Below are positions 1 through 12,980 of a stretch of 64,000 nucleotides of DNA, piece after piece (the stretch's first letter is position 1; every line of letters begins with the position of its first letter). The DNA is from Octopus vulgaris. Its lineage: Eukaryota. A program made the translations under genes and the position numbers. The stretch spans positions 49,104,001-49,168,000 of the forward strand of contig OX597832.1 of NCBI GenBank assembly GCA_951406725.2, written 5' to 3'. A model generated the notes under the pieces. The model was not told the DNA's origin. It saw only the letters and a program-made list of their open reading frames with translations, and did no database searches.

Positions 1-586
1 TTACCACTTTTTAACAGCATTTCGCTGGAGGCTTATTACGTCATATCTTCTCATATAATGTTTTCTAAGAATCTGACAATTTACATACTACTTTGTTATG
101 CCATGTATATTAAATATTCAATTTTACAAAATGGCTTCTTATTTTTATTCCATCAGATAGACGAAATGAATAACAATGATACTCCAAAGGAGAGCGTAAT
201 CAAAAGAAACCTGTATCTGTCATCGAGCCAATAACAAATGTATTCTTACAGTGATTTCGGTAGATTTGTCGCGTTGGTACAATGCCAGGTGTTTTGTGAG
301 AGCATGTAGTCTAATCAAACGACGCAGTACTTTTAAGGACGCTTATTATATCGATCGCAAAATGACGAATGGCAAAGTGGATTTTGGGCGGGATTTCAAG
401 TCAAAGGATAAAAGGACTTAACTAAAGACCACACAGAATTTAGAGAGTTTCTATGACCGCATTCTTAGTAAAGTCAACACTTCGCAAATACTAACGACAC
501 CAAAAGTTATTGTGATGACGGTAAAGTCCTTAACTATATCAAAAGCAGTTTTGCCTATAACAGGTACAACGACTATTATAACAGCA

Positions 587-780
587 GAGATGCAATGGCC
601 AAGTGGTTAGGACAGCGGACTCGTGGTCGTAAGAACGTGGTTTCGATTCCCAGACCGGGCATTGTGAGTGTTTATTGAGCAAAAATATCTAAGTTCCACG
701 AGGCTCCGGCGGGGGTTAGTGGTGAACCCCGCTGTACTCTTTCACCACAACATTCTCTCACCCTTTCTTCCTACTTCTGC
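587..780 (+). mobile_element. tRNA-derived SINE, family R (tRNA-Arg-like head), head and body
   Basis: A-box-like TGGCCAAGTGGTTAG and B-box-like GTTTCGATTCCC; body GTGTTTATTGAGC...CTCCACGAGGCTCCGGC matches copies at 26405, 41730 and 53853. Confidence 0.8.
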
Positions 781-1067
781 TACGAAGCAGAGGAACCATG
801 GTGTAACCCACTATAGTGTGGTAAACTTTCAGACCCTAGTCGAGATTGCGAATCCTCTGTACCCCATGATGGTTCAGCTCTCCACCCGTTAAAAGCCACC
901 GTTTACCGAATGAGGATAACAACGTAGCTTTCACGACCGTGCAACCGCCAGTCTATCGCCTGTGTTGGGTAGATCTTCAAGTTGCCACACGTATTCTTAG
1001 TAGCTTAGAGTAGGCTCGAATTAGAAATTATTCTTTGAAGCTAATGGAGTGAGGCCATGATTGGAAG

Positions 1068-1182
1068 AAGGATGAAAGGCAAAGTCGACCTCGACGGAAT
1101 TTGAACTCAGAACGTAATGGCAGACAAAATACGGCTACGCATTTCGCCCGGCATGCTAACGTCTCTGCCAGCTCGCTGCCTT
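1068..1182 (-). mobile_element. Meta-domain SINE fragment (family M, 5' part)
   Basis: Reverse complement reads GGCAGCGAGCTGGCAGAG...GAGTTCAAATTCCGTCGAGGTCGACTTTGCCTTTCATCC, matching the copies at 48992 and 52663. Confidence 0.8.
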
Positions 1183-1195
1183 AGTAATGATAATG

Positions 1196-1238
<43 letters not shown>

Positions 1239-1469
1239 TTATAAATTTTTATTATTATTATTATTATCCTTTCTAATATAGGCACCTTAAGAGGAGTTGG
1301 GTGGTAGATTACATCAAAGATTCTGCCAGCTCACTGCCTTTAATAATATTTTCTACTAAAGGTACAAAACCTGAAATTTAGGGGGAGGGGACTAGTCAAT
1401 TGCATCTGCCCTAGTGGTTCACTGGTACTTAATTTATCGACCCCGAAAGAATGAAAGGCAGAATTTGAA

Positions 1470-2220
1470 AACAGAGAGAGGAAAAGCAAGGACAGACAAA
1501 CGGATTAAGTCGATTATATCGACTCCAGTGTGTAACTGGTACTTAATTAATCGAACATGAAAGGCAAAGACAACCTCGGCGGAATTTGAACTCAGAACGT
1601 AGCGGCAGACGAAATACCTGTTTCTTTACTACCCACAAGGGGCTAAACACACAGAGGACAAACAAGGACAGACAAACGGATTAAGTCGATTATATATGAC
1701 CCCAGTGCGTAACTGGTACTTATTTAATCGACCCCGAAAGGATGAAAGGCAAAGTCGACCTCGGCGGAATTTGAACTCAGAACGTAGCAGCAGACGAACT
1801 ACCTATTTCTTTACTACTCACAAGGGGCTAAACACAGAGAGGACAAACAAGGACAGACAAACGGATTAAGTCGATTATATCGACCCCAGTGCGTAACGGG
1901 TACTTATTTAATCGACCCCGAAAGAATGAAAGGCAAAGTCGACCTCGGCGGAATTTGAACTCAGAAGGTAGCAGCGGACGAAATACCTGTTTCTTTACTA
2001 CCCACAAGGGGCTAAACACAGAGAGGACAAACAAGGACAGACAAACGGGTTAAGTCGATTATATATGACCCCAGTGCGTAACTGGTACTTATTTAATCGA
2101 CCCCGAAAGAATGAAAGGCAAAGTCGACCTCGGCGGAATTTGAACTCAGAACGTAACGGCAGACGAAATACCGCTCAGTAATACGCCCACCCAGCTAACA
2201 ATCCTACCATCTCGCCGCCT
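1470..2220 (-). mobile_element. Head-to-tail array of about 4 family M SINE units (about 184 bp period)
   Basis: AAGGCAAAG(T/A)C recurs at about 1561, 1746, 1929 and 2115; a degenerate tRNA-like head lies at the right end. The central GCCTTTCATCCTTTCGGGGTCGAT..AGTACCAG resembles the Meta (MESC) SINE domain. Confidence 0.85.
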
Positions 2221-2724
2221 TTTATAATAATAATAGTAAAAATAGTTTTTATCTGTAAATTCAATCTTCTTAAAATTTCTTAAATTCGTTTCTCTATTAA
2301 CTTGTTTATTCTTTCTTGTTTTCGCGCCAATGGGATTTCATTATCTTCCAAAATATTGCGTTAACAACAAGCTATTTAACATTTTTATAGAATTTTAATA
2401 AAAGTGCCAATCTTTTTTTCTCATACACATTTTTAAAATATTTTATATGTATTTATACATTTATTATATTCATAATCCTTACAACAAATATTTCAAAAGT
2501 GTTTTTCGTTGTTTTTTTTTTGTTACATAATAAATTTTGCTTACATTATTTACGTTATTAAATTTCCTTCAATTACATAAGAGTGTGTGTGTATGTGTGT
2601 GTGTCTGCGTGTGTATATAAGTATGTATATAAATACACAGATATATCCAAATATATATATATGTATATATATATATACATACATACATATATATATACAC
2701 ATATATATTTATATGACAATCGAT

Positions 2725-2784
<60 letters not shown>

Positions 2785-3419
2785 CCCCTTGTTTGTTTTC
2801 TGGGTATTCATTTTTTTCTAATAGAGATCGTCTCGTTCTTGGCATTATATTCTTTGTATTAAAACGTTTAGCATTGATTACATAAACAGAAAAATTACAA
2901 AACGAAATTCGGTTTAATTTATCTCAGGTAACGGGCGTATATCTGAAAGAGAGAAAGAGCGAGGATAGAAAACAAAAACATTTAAAATTTTAAAATATAT
3001 TATCGATAGACAGAGAGCGCGGGAGAAAATTCCATTAACGTTAAAAGTAGTTTTTTTTTTATCTAATTTTGATAGTTAACCCGTCATATCTAACACACGT
3101 ATTTTCCTAAAGGAAGTTTCAAATCTTTTGATTCATATCATGTTATATATCTTTATTTCCTTTCGTATATTAAATATTTTGTTTCTAGTTATTATTATTT
3201 GTAGTAGTAGTATTATTATTATTAGTAGTATTATTAGCAGCAGCAGTAGTAGAATTTTGTCCGTCTTTACATTTTGAGCTCGAATTACGCCGGGGCTAAA
3301 TTTACCTTTTATGTTTCCGGGGTTTCTAAAAGAAGTACCAGTGAAACAGTGGGGTCACTGTAATCGATGTACCCGCTTCCTTGAAATTGCCTGCCATGTG
3401 CCAAAATTTTAAAGAATTA

Positions 3420-3451
3420 TTTTTATCATTATTATTATTATTATTATTATT

Positions 3452-3490
<39 letters not shown>

Positions 3491-3492
3491 GC

Positions 3493-3537
<45 letters not shown>

Positions 3538-3562
3538 AGTTTTTGTTGTTGATGTTGTTGTT

Positions 3563-3620
<58 letters not shown>

Positions 3621-3748
3621 TTGAGTGAGAGAGCAGTGCATGCTATCAATGTGACACTGGCCTATCTTTAATATCAAGATAAAACGTGTACATCATAACA
3701 CTTCCAATCAGAAGCCACGAGAAACAGCGCCTGGTACTGCATAAGGGG

Positions 3749-3808
<60 letters not shown>

Positions 3809-3882
3809 GTGTGAGAGAGCAGTGCATGCCATCAAAGTGACACTGGGGTAAAATATACGAAGCCCAGTATACCCATCATGAC

Positions 3883-3968
<86 letters not shown>
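3420..3968. repeat. Compound microsatellite field (ATT)n/(GTT)n/(AAT)n/(GATA)n with short embedded retroposon 3' ends
   Basis: Directly visible; GTGAGAGAGCAGTGCATGC.ATCAA.GTGACACTGG occurs twice (about 3625 and 3811), each abutting a trinucleotide tract. Confidence 0.85.
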
Positions 3969-3969
<1 letters not shown>

Positions 3970-4008
3970 AAAAGGAAGGAAGGTAGGTAAGGAAACAGAA
4001 ATAAATAG

Positions 4009-4047
<39 letters not shown>

Positions 4048-4635
4048 AGGAATAGAAATACAACAAAGTCACAAAGGGAATAGTTTGTGTGTTTTATATT
4101 GTTCCAGATTGAAGATATGTAAAACATCACTCGAAGAAGACATTTTATGCCTTTCATTGGTGGTGGCTCATAAATCGGTTAAACACGCATCAAGCAAAAC
4201 AGACTGTGTAAGGTGAGAACTTCTTTTCAATCTCACCGCAAGACACTATGGGTAATTATATTTCTACCGTAGCCATAGGAATGCTGTTTGGTAAGAGAAA
4301 ACCATTCCGAAGCATTTCGTAATTGTAAGCAAATTTTCGGTAACACTCGTAGCATGGCTACGAGGTTAAGAAACTCACTTCGCAATCGCGTGGGTCAGGA
4401 GTTTAGCTCCGCAGCGCGGCACATTGTGTCATATATACACAAAGTGTCATATATACACACATATACAAATATATATACACATACATGCATGTGTATGTGT
4501 GTGTGCGTGTGTGCATGTGTGTGTGTGTAAATGTTTCGAGCGGTGCCACAGAATGGCCGCAGTCTAATGACTGAAACAAATAAAAGATAAAAGATATATA
4601 TACATATATACATATATACATATATACATATATAT

Positions 4636-4805
<170 letters not shown>

Positions 4806-5594
4806 TGTAAAGTCCTGGATATTTTATGTCTAAAAAAGGGTAGGGGAATTCACGGTGGAGGCACTCTTTGATCAGTTTTGATGGGATTTTCTGCAATGGA
4901 AGCCTACTTGTATGTAAACAACAACGGCAATGACAGAAGAAATCAAACATTCACAGAGCCATACAATACTAAACAACAAAAACAGCAACATAATAAAATC
5001 TAATACGGGTTTGAGACGAGATTATAAAAAATTGCATCTGCTACAGCGAAGACATTTGATTCTTACAAACGAGATAACACACGTAAGTTTATCATTGAAA
5101 ACCCATTTGGTATCGGTTAAGTAAATGCGTTTAGGGAGAAATCATAAAGAGAGATTGCAGATGTAATTATATATATAAAAAGGACAATTCCTCTTAATAT
5201 AGAATGCAAAAAGAAACCAGTAAAAGTAACTTGATGATTAGTATAGCTGTTAAAATCACGCAATGGTAAATGCTTCGATGCTCTAAGATGGCAATCTCAG
5301 GAACGGGATTTGCAAGGTGATTAAATTACAACACAAAATAAGGAGGTATATCATTCTGATAAATTAAGATACCTTTATTTCCACAATGGTGTTGGATTGT
5401 ATTTAGAAGAAAATTGAATCTACTTGTAGAGAAATATAAAAATGATGTCCTGTTTATGAAATCTTCTGAGCTCCGTAAATCAAATATCTTGAGGTTATAT
5501 TAGTGATAAGATATATTAATCTTGAAAATGTTAAGAAAATTGTGAAATTTGTGTTTTTGTGATCATGTGCGTGCTGTAGTCTGCGATTTTGTTA

Positions 5595-5815
5595 TCGACA
5601 GGAAACTGGAACAAAGTGCTAACGTGAAATTTTGTGTTAAACTTGGGATGAAGTTTAGCGCAAAATTAACGTCACAGGTGATGAGAGCTGGGTCTACGGG
5701 TACGAGCCTGAGACGAAGCAGCAATTGTTACAATGGAAGACCCCTTTTTATCCACGACCGAAGAAGGCAGGTGTGAGCCGCAGCTCAATCAAGTGTATGG
5801 CTATCATTTTGTTTT
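5595..5815 (+). pseudogene. Mariner transposase relic (N-terminus fused to first catalytic Asp region)
   Basis: KLEQSANVKFCVKLG (mariner N-terminal EQR.NIKFC motif) followed in another frame by VTGDESWVYGYEPETKQQ (TGDE motif); large internal deletion and frameshift. Confidence 0.85.
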
Positions 5816-5877
5816 CGTTCGGTGTAATAAGTCTGAAGACTTGTGAATTTACTTTAAACATCACCTTATCCTAGATT

Positions 5878-6045
5878 GGGCACAGGCGTGGCTGTGTGGT
5901 TAAGAAACCGGCATCGCAACCACATGGATTCGATTTCAGTCCTACTGCGCGACACTTTGGGCAATTGTCTTCTACAATTGTCCCCAGGCCGATCAGTGAC
6001 TTTTGACAGATTTTGGTAAACAGAAACTGCGTTAAGCCTGTTTAT
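5878..6045 (+). mobile_element. tRNA-derived SINE family K, diverged 5' part
   Basis: GGCACAGGCGTGGCTGTGTGGTTAAG...CACTTTGGGCAATTGTCTTCTAC aligns with the full copy at 59326. Confidence 0.75.
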
Positions 6046-6116
6046 ATATGTATATGTCTATGTACGAGTGGATGTATTTATATATATATATGTGCATATG
6101 TCATTTTGTATGTGTA

Positions 6117-6148
<32 letters not shown>

Positions 6149-6173
6149 CATGTATAAGGTATGTAATATGATA

Positions 6174-6393
6174 TACGAGGGGTGCTGAAAAGTCCCTGGT
6201 TTTGGGTAAACAAAAATACAGGAGGATCAGTTAATTATAATTTTATTCAACATATTCCCCTCCCAAATTCACACGCTTATTGCAGCGATCCTTTAGCCTT
6301 TCTAAGTCCTATAAAAGAAGTCGGAGGTTTGGGCCTCCGACCAGGCCTTTCGCGACACCCTTAAAGTCAGGAACATATCAGCTCCCTTTCATA
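6174..6393 (+). mobile_element. Mariner-type MITE
   Basis: TA-flanked TIR CGAGGGGTGCTGAAAAGTCCCTGG with a degenerate right copy; interior matches 28249-28475 in reverse orientation. Confidence 0.75.
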
Positions 6394-6772
6394 TATCAAA
6401 GTAAACTTTGTATTGCCTTCTTACAGGGCTTCGATGAAATATGGTAATTGTGGTAATTCAATAGCATTACAATACGGAATCCAATTTAGAAACAAAATGG
6501 AGATTGTTAGTAATTGATTATCGATAGTTTATGATAAATTTGAATTTGTCCATCGTAGCTGTGAAATCGATGAAATATCTTTCAATCATAAATTGAAACT
6601 CAATAGCTGAACTGATTGATTTCAAGTATTGGAATTATGAATTGAATATATCGAATTGGTAGGCTTGGTTTTACGTTGGTGATTACACAAATGCATTTCA
6701 AATTCGCAAATTGTCAAATAAGAAATAGTTGAATTAATGAAAAAGGTTTCAATTATGAGGCAGACATGAGGT

Positions 6773-6880
<108 letters not shown>

Positions 6881-7004
6881 CATATACATATATATATATA
6901 TATGTATGTATATATTACATATATAACCATAATGATATCCGTGAGGCACCTAATGATGGAGGTATGTTGGTTTGTTGGTATGGCTGTGGAATAATATTAT
7001 AACA

Positions 7005-7047
<43 letters not shown>

Positions 7048-7125
7048 TATAGAAATAGGTTTCAAAGAAAAAAGACTACACGTTGTATAAATAGGGGGAA
7101 AGTAATTGAAGTCCAATGACTATAA

Positions 7126-7312
<187 letters not shown>

Positions 7313-7849
7313 CTTAAGAAATTTCTAGATTGATCTGAACGGCAGAAAGCCTTAAGAGAAGAATCATCATCTCATGCAAGCGTTTCGACCCTTATTCCCT
7401 TACACTCTAAGGACCCCAGACTCTACCCATATCATGAATCCTGAAAAACCCTCTGCTGTCAAATATCCTGCTATAGCTGTGTTGAATGGCTAACGTACCC
7501 CAGACCCAAAGTACCTTAGGTATTGTAACCAGTCCAGTCTCCGACGCCAGTCACCTATTTGGTTATCTATGCCTCCCATATGTATATTTACACACACAAC
7601 ACACACACATACACACACACACACACACATATATACACACACATATAGGTTTTAATAGAGTCAAGATCGTTTTATTTAAATTGTAATTCATTTGTCTCTT
7701 TAAACATGCACATCTAAACGTTGTATAAATATGTGTGTGCGTATGTATATATTCATGTATTCATGTATGTACACATGTATGAGATTGCATGTGGAAATGC
7801 TCACACATGCATATAGGTGCATACTTATATATATATATACATACATATA

Positions 7850-7883
<34 letters not shown>

Positions 7884-7938
7884 CATACATATATATATAT
7901 ATATGCTTATGTATAAACATGTACATAGATATGTACAT

Positions 7939-7987
<49 letters not shown>

Positions 7988-8004
7988 TACATTCATTTAT
8001 AAAT

Positions 8005-8078
<74 letters not shown>

Positions 8079-8361
8079 ATGTATGTATTTAATACGCATA
8101 CACACACACACACACGTACATGTGCAACAGACATGCAGCATTCCTTTGAAATTATATATATATATGAAGAACTTGTTTTTTTGCTATCGATAACACATGG
8201 ATGGATCCTTTGAAGTAACCTAAAACTATTTTTGTAACGAAGTCAACTGTGCAACAGTTGCACATCACTCGTCTACAAAAAAAGGAATGCTTGCATCGCA
8301 GTTGCATCTGCTAGACGTGGATAGCACATCAGAAAAATATGCACACACAGACACACTGGCG

Positions 8362-8427
<66 letters not shown>

Positions 8428-8430
<3 letters not shown>

Positions 8431-8774
8431 AATAGTAAAAAGTGAAAAAACTACAGAAGGCTTGTTTTAAAAGGTTAAAAAATATATATTTGAGTCAATA
8501 TGTCTGAAGAATATTATAAATTTTTTTCTTACAATGACATAGTTTAGAAGAAATGGCCGGTTTCGCGTTTAGCTTTTCAAATTTGAAAAGTTAAACGCGA
8601 AACCGGTCACTTCTTCTAAACTATGTCATTGTAAGAAAAAATTTATAATATTCTTCAGACATATTGACTCAAATATATATTTTTTAACCTTTTAAAACAA
8701 GCCTTCTGTAGTTTTTTCACTTTTTACTATTTTTTATATATTCAACCACGTGCTTTCATAAACCAACTTTCTTA

Positions 8775-8777
<3 letters not shown>
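8428..8777. mobile_element. Spacer-less palindromic insert (about 154 bp arms plus about 40 bp tail) in (TA)n; probable Penelope-like pLTR remnant
   Basis: Arms 8428-8581 and 8582-8735 are reverse complements with about 5 differences; centre CTTTTCAAA|TTTGAAAAG; each arm carries TTGAAAAG.TAAACGCGAAACCGG.C. Confidence 0.7.
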
Positions 8778-8837
<60 letters not shown>

Positions 8838-8930
8838 AACCTAATTTACACCCCACTGAAACCAATACAACCAAAGGAAGATTTTAACTCAACAGAGACT
8901 ATATAAAGGCAAGACTTACTCTAATACATC

Positions 8931-8975
8931 GCAGTCTGACGATGGGTTAGCTGGACGAAATTTTGAAGTCACTGC
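8931..8975 (+). ncRNA. Type I hammerhead ribozyme-like motif
   Basis: Stem I GCAGT/ACTGC, core CTGACGA, weak stem II, GAAA, stem III ATT/AGT around TTGA, cleavage triplet GTC; TATATAAA about 30 nt upstream. Confidence 0.65.
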
Positions 8976-9000
8976 CGAGAATATTCTTGGTTAAGAATAT

Positions 9001-9230
9001 GATAGATCGTTAGCTCCTACACGCATTTTTTTCTCTCCTTGTTTCTCTCCTTTTTTTCTCTCCTTTTTTTCTCTCCTTGTTTTTTTCTGTGTATCTTTCT
9101 GTCGAAGAGCGTAGGCTCGAAACGTAAAAGACTTGTTCTATTTCTCTTCCTGAACGCCATACTAATACATTTGTTTGTTTGTACTCCACCTGCCTTCGTC
9201 TTTTGTTTATTTTCGTAAACTTTCCCGTTA
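9001..9230 (+). mobile_element. Short (TA)n-adjacent element with minimal hammerhead-like motif (9094-9131), family H1
   Basis: TCTTT CTGTCGA A GAGC GTAG GCTC GAAA CG TA AAAGA; flanks are homologous to 40378-40532 (-) and 56917-57130 (+). Confidence 0.7.
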
Positions 9231-9254
9231 TATATATATATATATATGTATACG

Positions 9255-9420
9255 TGGAAATAAATCAAGGTAGAAAATGCTAAAAAATTTTAATAAAACG
9301 CATTTCAGTACCGGTTTCGGGTCATTGAGACGTTTTCAACTGTATTTATGGGAAACAATCAAATTTTGGAGAAATTAAATGAAAAGAATTTTAAAAGAAT
9401 ATTTGCATAGCATTTTACTT
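9255..9420 (-). mobile_element. Short element with U3-A8 hammerhead-like core (9306-9342), family H2
   Basis: Minus strand CAG TTGAAAA C GTC TCAAT GAC CC GAAAC CG GTA CTG; homologous to both arms of 10135-10442. Confidence 0.6.
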
Positions 9421-9449
9421 GTTTCTGCACAAACACATATATGTATACA

Positions 9450-9915
9450 GGCGCAGGAGTGGCTGTGTAGTAAGTAGCTTGCTTACCAACCACATGGCTC
9501 CGTGTTCAGTTCCACTGTGTGGCACCTTGGGCAAGTGTCTTCTACTACAGCCTGGGGCTGACCAAAGCCTTGTGAGTGGATATGGTAGACCGAAACTGAA
9601 AGCAGTCTGTCGTGTATATATATTGTATATATGCCGTATATATATATATATCGTATACGTATATATACGTATGTATGTATATATATATATATATATGTGT
9701 ATGTATGTATATTATATGTATGTGTTTGTGTGTCTGTGTTTGGCCACCACCATCACTTGACAACCGATGTTGGTGTGTTTACGTCTTTGTAACACAACGG
9801 TTCACCAAAGTAGACCGATAGCATAAATACTAGGCTTACAAAGAATATTCCTGAGGTCGGTTTGTTCAACCAAAGGCGGTGCTCCAACTTGGCCGTAGTC
9901 TTATGATTGAAACAG
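9450..9915 (+). mobile_element. tRNA-derived SINE family K (CORE-like CACCTTGGGCAAGTG, internal TA/TG microsatellite)
   Basis: Colinear with the full copy at 59326-59745. Confidence 0.9.
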
Positions 9916-10012
9916 TGGTACAGGAATTTAGCAAAATTCATACACATACACGTACACACATATGAATATAAATTTGTGTACACAAAATAGGCGTATATGT
10001 GTGTGTGTGTGT

Positions 10013-10073
<61 letters not shown>

Positions 10074-10134
10074 CGTGTGCGTGTAGAAGGTAGAAAAGGA
10101 AAACAAGAGTTGATATGTATAAGGAAAATATGAG

Positions 10135-10442
10135 AAGGTAGAAAATGTTAAAATAAATTTATCATGAAACACGTTAGAACTGGTTTTCGTCTTGTAGACT
10201 TTTTCAGCTACGAGTAAAATAAGAAAAACAATTAAATTGCAGGAAAAAAATTTAAGTCAAATGTTTTCTAGATATTTCCAATACCCTTTGAATATTTAGC
10301 TATTTAAAGACTTAATTTTTTTTTTCTCCAATTTAATTGTTTTGCTTTTTTTATATTTTACTCTTAATTTTATAAAATCTAAAAGACGGAATCCGGTACT
10401 AAAATATACTTCATGGCAAAATTATTTTAGCATTTCAACCTT
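10135..10442. mobile_element. Diverged fold-back insert of family H2
   Basis: AAGGTAGAAAATGTTAAAATAAATTT pairs with AAAATTATTTTAGCATTTCAACCTT; minus-strand motif TAG CTGAAAA A GTC TACAA GAC GAAAACCAGTT CTA at 10175-10210. Confidence 0.55.
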
Positions 10443-10486
10443 GTGTTATTTTCATTATATATATATATATATAGAGAGAGAGAGAT

Positions 10487-10750
<264 letters not shown>

Positions 10751-10962
10751 TTATAGATATAGATATATATTATGTAATTATGTATGTATATATATGTATG
10801 TATGTATATCGATATAAGCATGTATATATATGTATATATATACTATATACATACATATATGTGTGTGTGTGTGTGTGTATACACATGTACACAAATCACA
10901 TATGTAAATATATATTTGTATACATATATTTCGCTGATGCACCGCCGTTAAAATTTGTCAGC

Positions 10963-11034
10963 CTCCCCGGCGGGGAATCGTACCCTGGTCTCCCTCGTGA
11001 CAGGCGGGGATACTTACCACTATACTACCGAGGA
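10963..11034 (-). tRNA. tRNA-Asp(GTC), probably pseudogenised
   Basis: TCCTCGGTAGTATAGTGGTAAGTATCCCCGCCTGTCACGAGGGAGACCAGGGTACGATTCCCCGCCGGGGAG, 72 nt. Acceptor stem intact and TTTT terminator about 10 nt downstream; G-A mismatch in anticodon stem, A-C mismatch in T stem, and T-loop TACGA instead of TTCGA. Confidence 0.9.
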
Positions 11035-11562
11035 ACAGACAAATATTATATATATACATTTTTATGTATATGCATACGCACGTGCACACCTATATACATA
11101 CACGCAAATGCGTGTATGACAATATTTATATTTTGTTTCACTTTCCTATCTTGAGATTTAGAACATTCTTCTAGATAAAAACAAAATAAACCGAAAAAAA
11201 TATATATATATGTATATATATATATAAAAGAACAGCAAATTTAATGAAGGGCTATGCACGGAATTTTTCTGGATGGTATTCACATACTTTTAATCTTTTA
11301 ATATTTATATTCGTACACAGAGTTCATAGTTCCTTCATGCACCTGCCAGGTAGAACGTTTCACACAGCCATGATCTGTTGTGATGCTTCTTAGTTTACGT
11401 TTTTTGGTTTTTGTAATGAGCAGATTACTCTTTCGTCTTATCTGCACCGCTAATGTTCCCACATTAACAGTCATACTGAGCTGTTGTATGAATGGAAGGC
11501 TACGCTACAAATTACAGCCATTGTAAGATAGTCTTCCCTGAATACATACATATATATATATA

Positions 11563-11618
<56 letters not shown>

Positions 11619-11625
11619 GTGTGTG

Positions 11626-11670
<45 letters not shown>

Positions 11671-11877
11671 ATATGTATATATATATGTATATGTATATTT
11701 TTATGTATATATGTGTGTATATATATATACATACATATGTATATATACACACACACACATATATATATATACATATATATTTACATATATATATACATAT
11801 ACATATATATATATATATGTATGTATATATATATATACACACAAATATATACATGTATATGTATATTTTTATGTATA

Positions 11878-11926
<49 letters not shown>

Positions 11927-12980
11927 CATATACATACATATATATGTGAGCGCACGTGTGTGTGTGAAAAGGGGGGGAAAATGATGAAAGCAAAGAATAT
12001 ATGCTTAAACTGTAGTCATACTTCTCTTCGAATTTCATCATCTCTCGTAAGAAACTAGTAGAAAATAGTGCACCTAGGCTTATTTCGTTAATGCCTTATC
12101 GCGATTTCATCTTAAATAATGTTGTTTCGCTCCCCAAATTATAATCTTTAGGGCAGGTGCTTCACTGGTTACAAACTATTAGGTTTCTGCTATAATATTT
12201 GTGGGTTTCTGCGCTGCGCAAAAAATATCTATCATTTGTTTGTTTCACCGAGATGACACAAGAGTTAAGCTGATTATTTCGCTTCTTCCTATCTGGCAGC
12301 AACTTTTTTCTTCATCAACTGTATAAAGTAAAATTGTTTTGATCTTCGCTAAATAAGATGTGTCATAGCAGCTTGCATATATAATTAGGCCGCTGAGAAT
12401 GTATTAGTATTTTCATCTTGTTTCTGTTATTTATTTATTTATTTATTTTCTGGGGTTGTTATATTTTCATTAAAATATTCTCCCCGGCAAATGTTGACTT
12501 AAAACGAAAATTATATATTTTTTTTTTCTCATCTAAGTGTTTCATTTACATTTGGTCGATCGTAGGAGCAAAATAAGAACTTTTACAAACACAATTATTT
12601 TACATATTTACTTCTATTTAAATTTTTAAAATACTGCATTTATCTTTGAAATCGATACAAAAACCATATGAAATTCTTTAAAATTCAACCAGGTTTAGTC
12701 TTTGAAATATCAGTTAACGCGCTTCCATAACCATCGTTTCTAATCTAAGTTTTTTCTCTTGCATTACCATTATTCTATCTGGAATAAAATTTAGGTTTCG
12801 AATCTTGATATTCTAACAATATGGCTGACTGATCAAGAAATCCGGATTTCAAGCAACTTTGCTTGAAATGATGTTTTGTTCTTTTTTGTCCCATTATTCA
12901 TTAATTTCTTTATTTATTTACTTATTTATTATTATTATTAGTAGTAGTAGTATTAGTAGTAGTAATATTTTTGTTTTATT

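Noticed and set aside
1470-2220. CRISPR-like or satellite array
   Set aside because: Units are whole SINE bodies with no unique spacers, and the context is eukaryotic.
7315-7580. Possible further hammerhead element (minus-strand GAAACGCTT) beside (TAG)n
   Set aside because: No convincing CTGANGA box or stems at a suitable distance.
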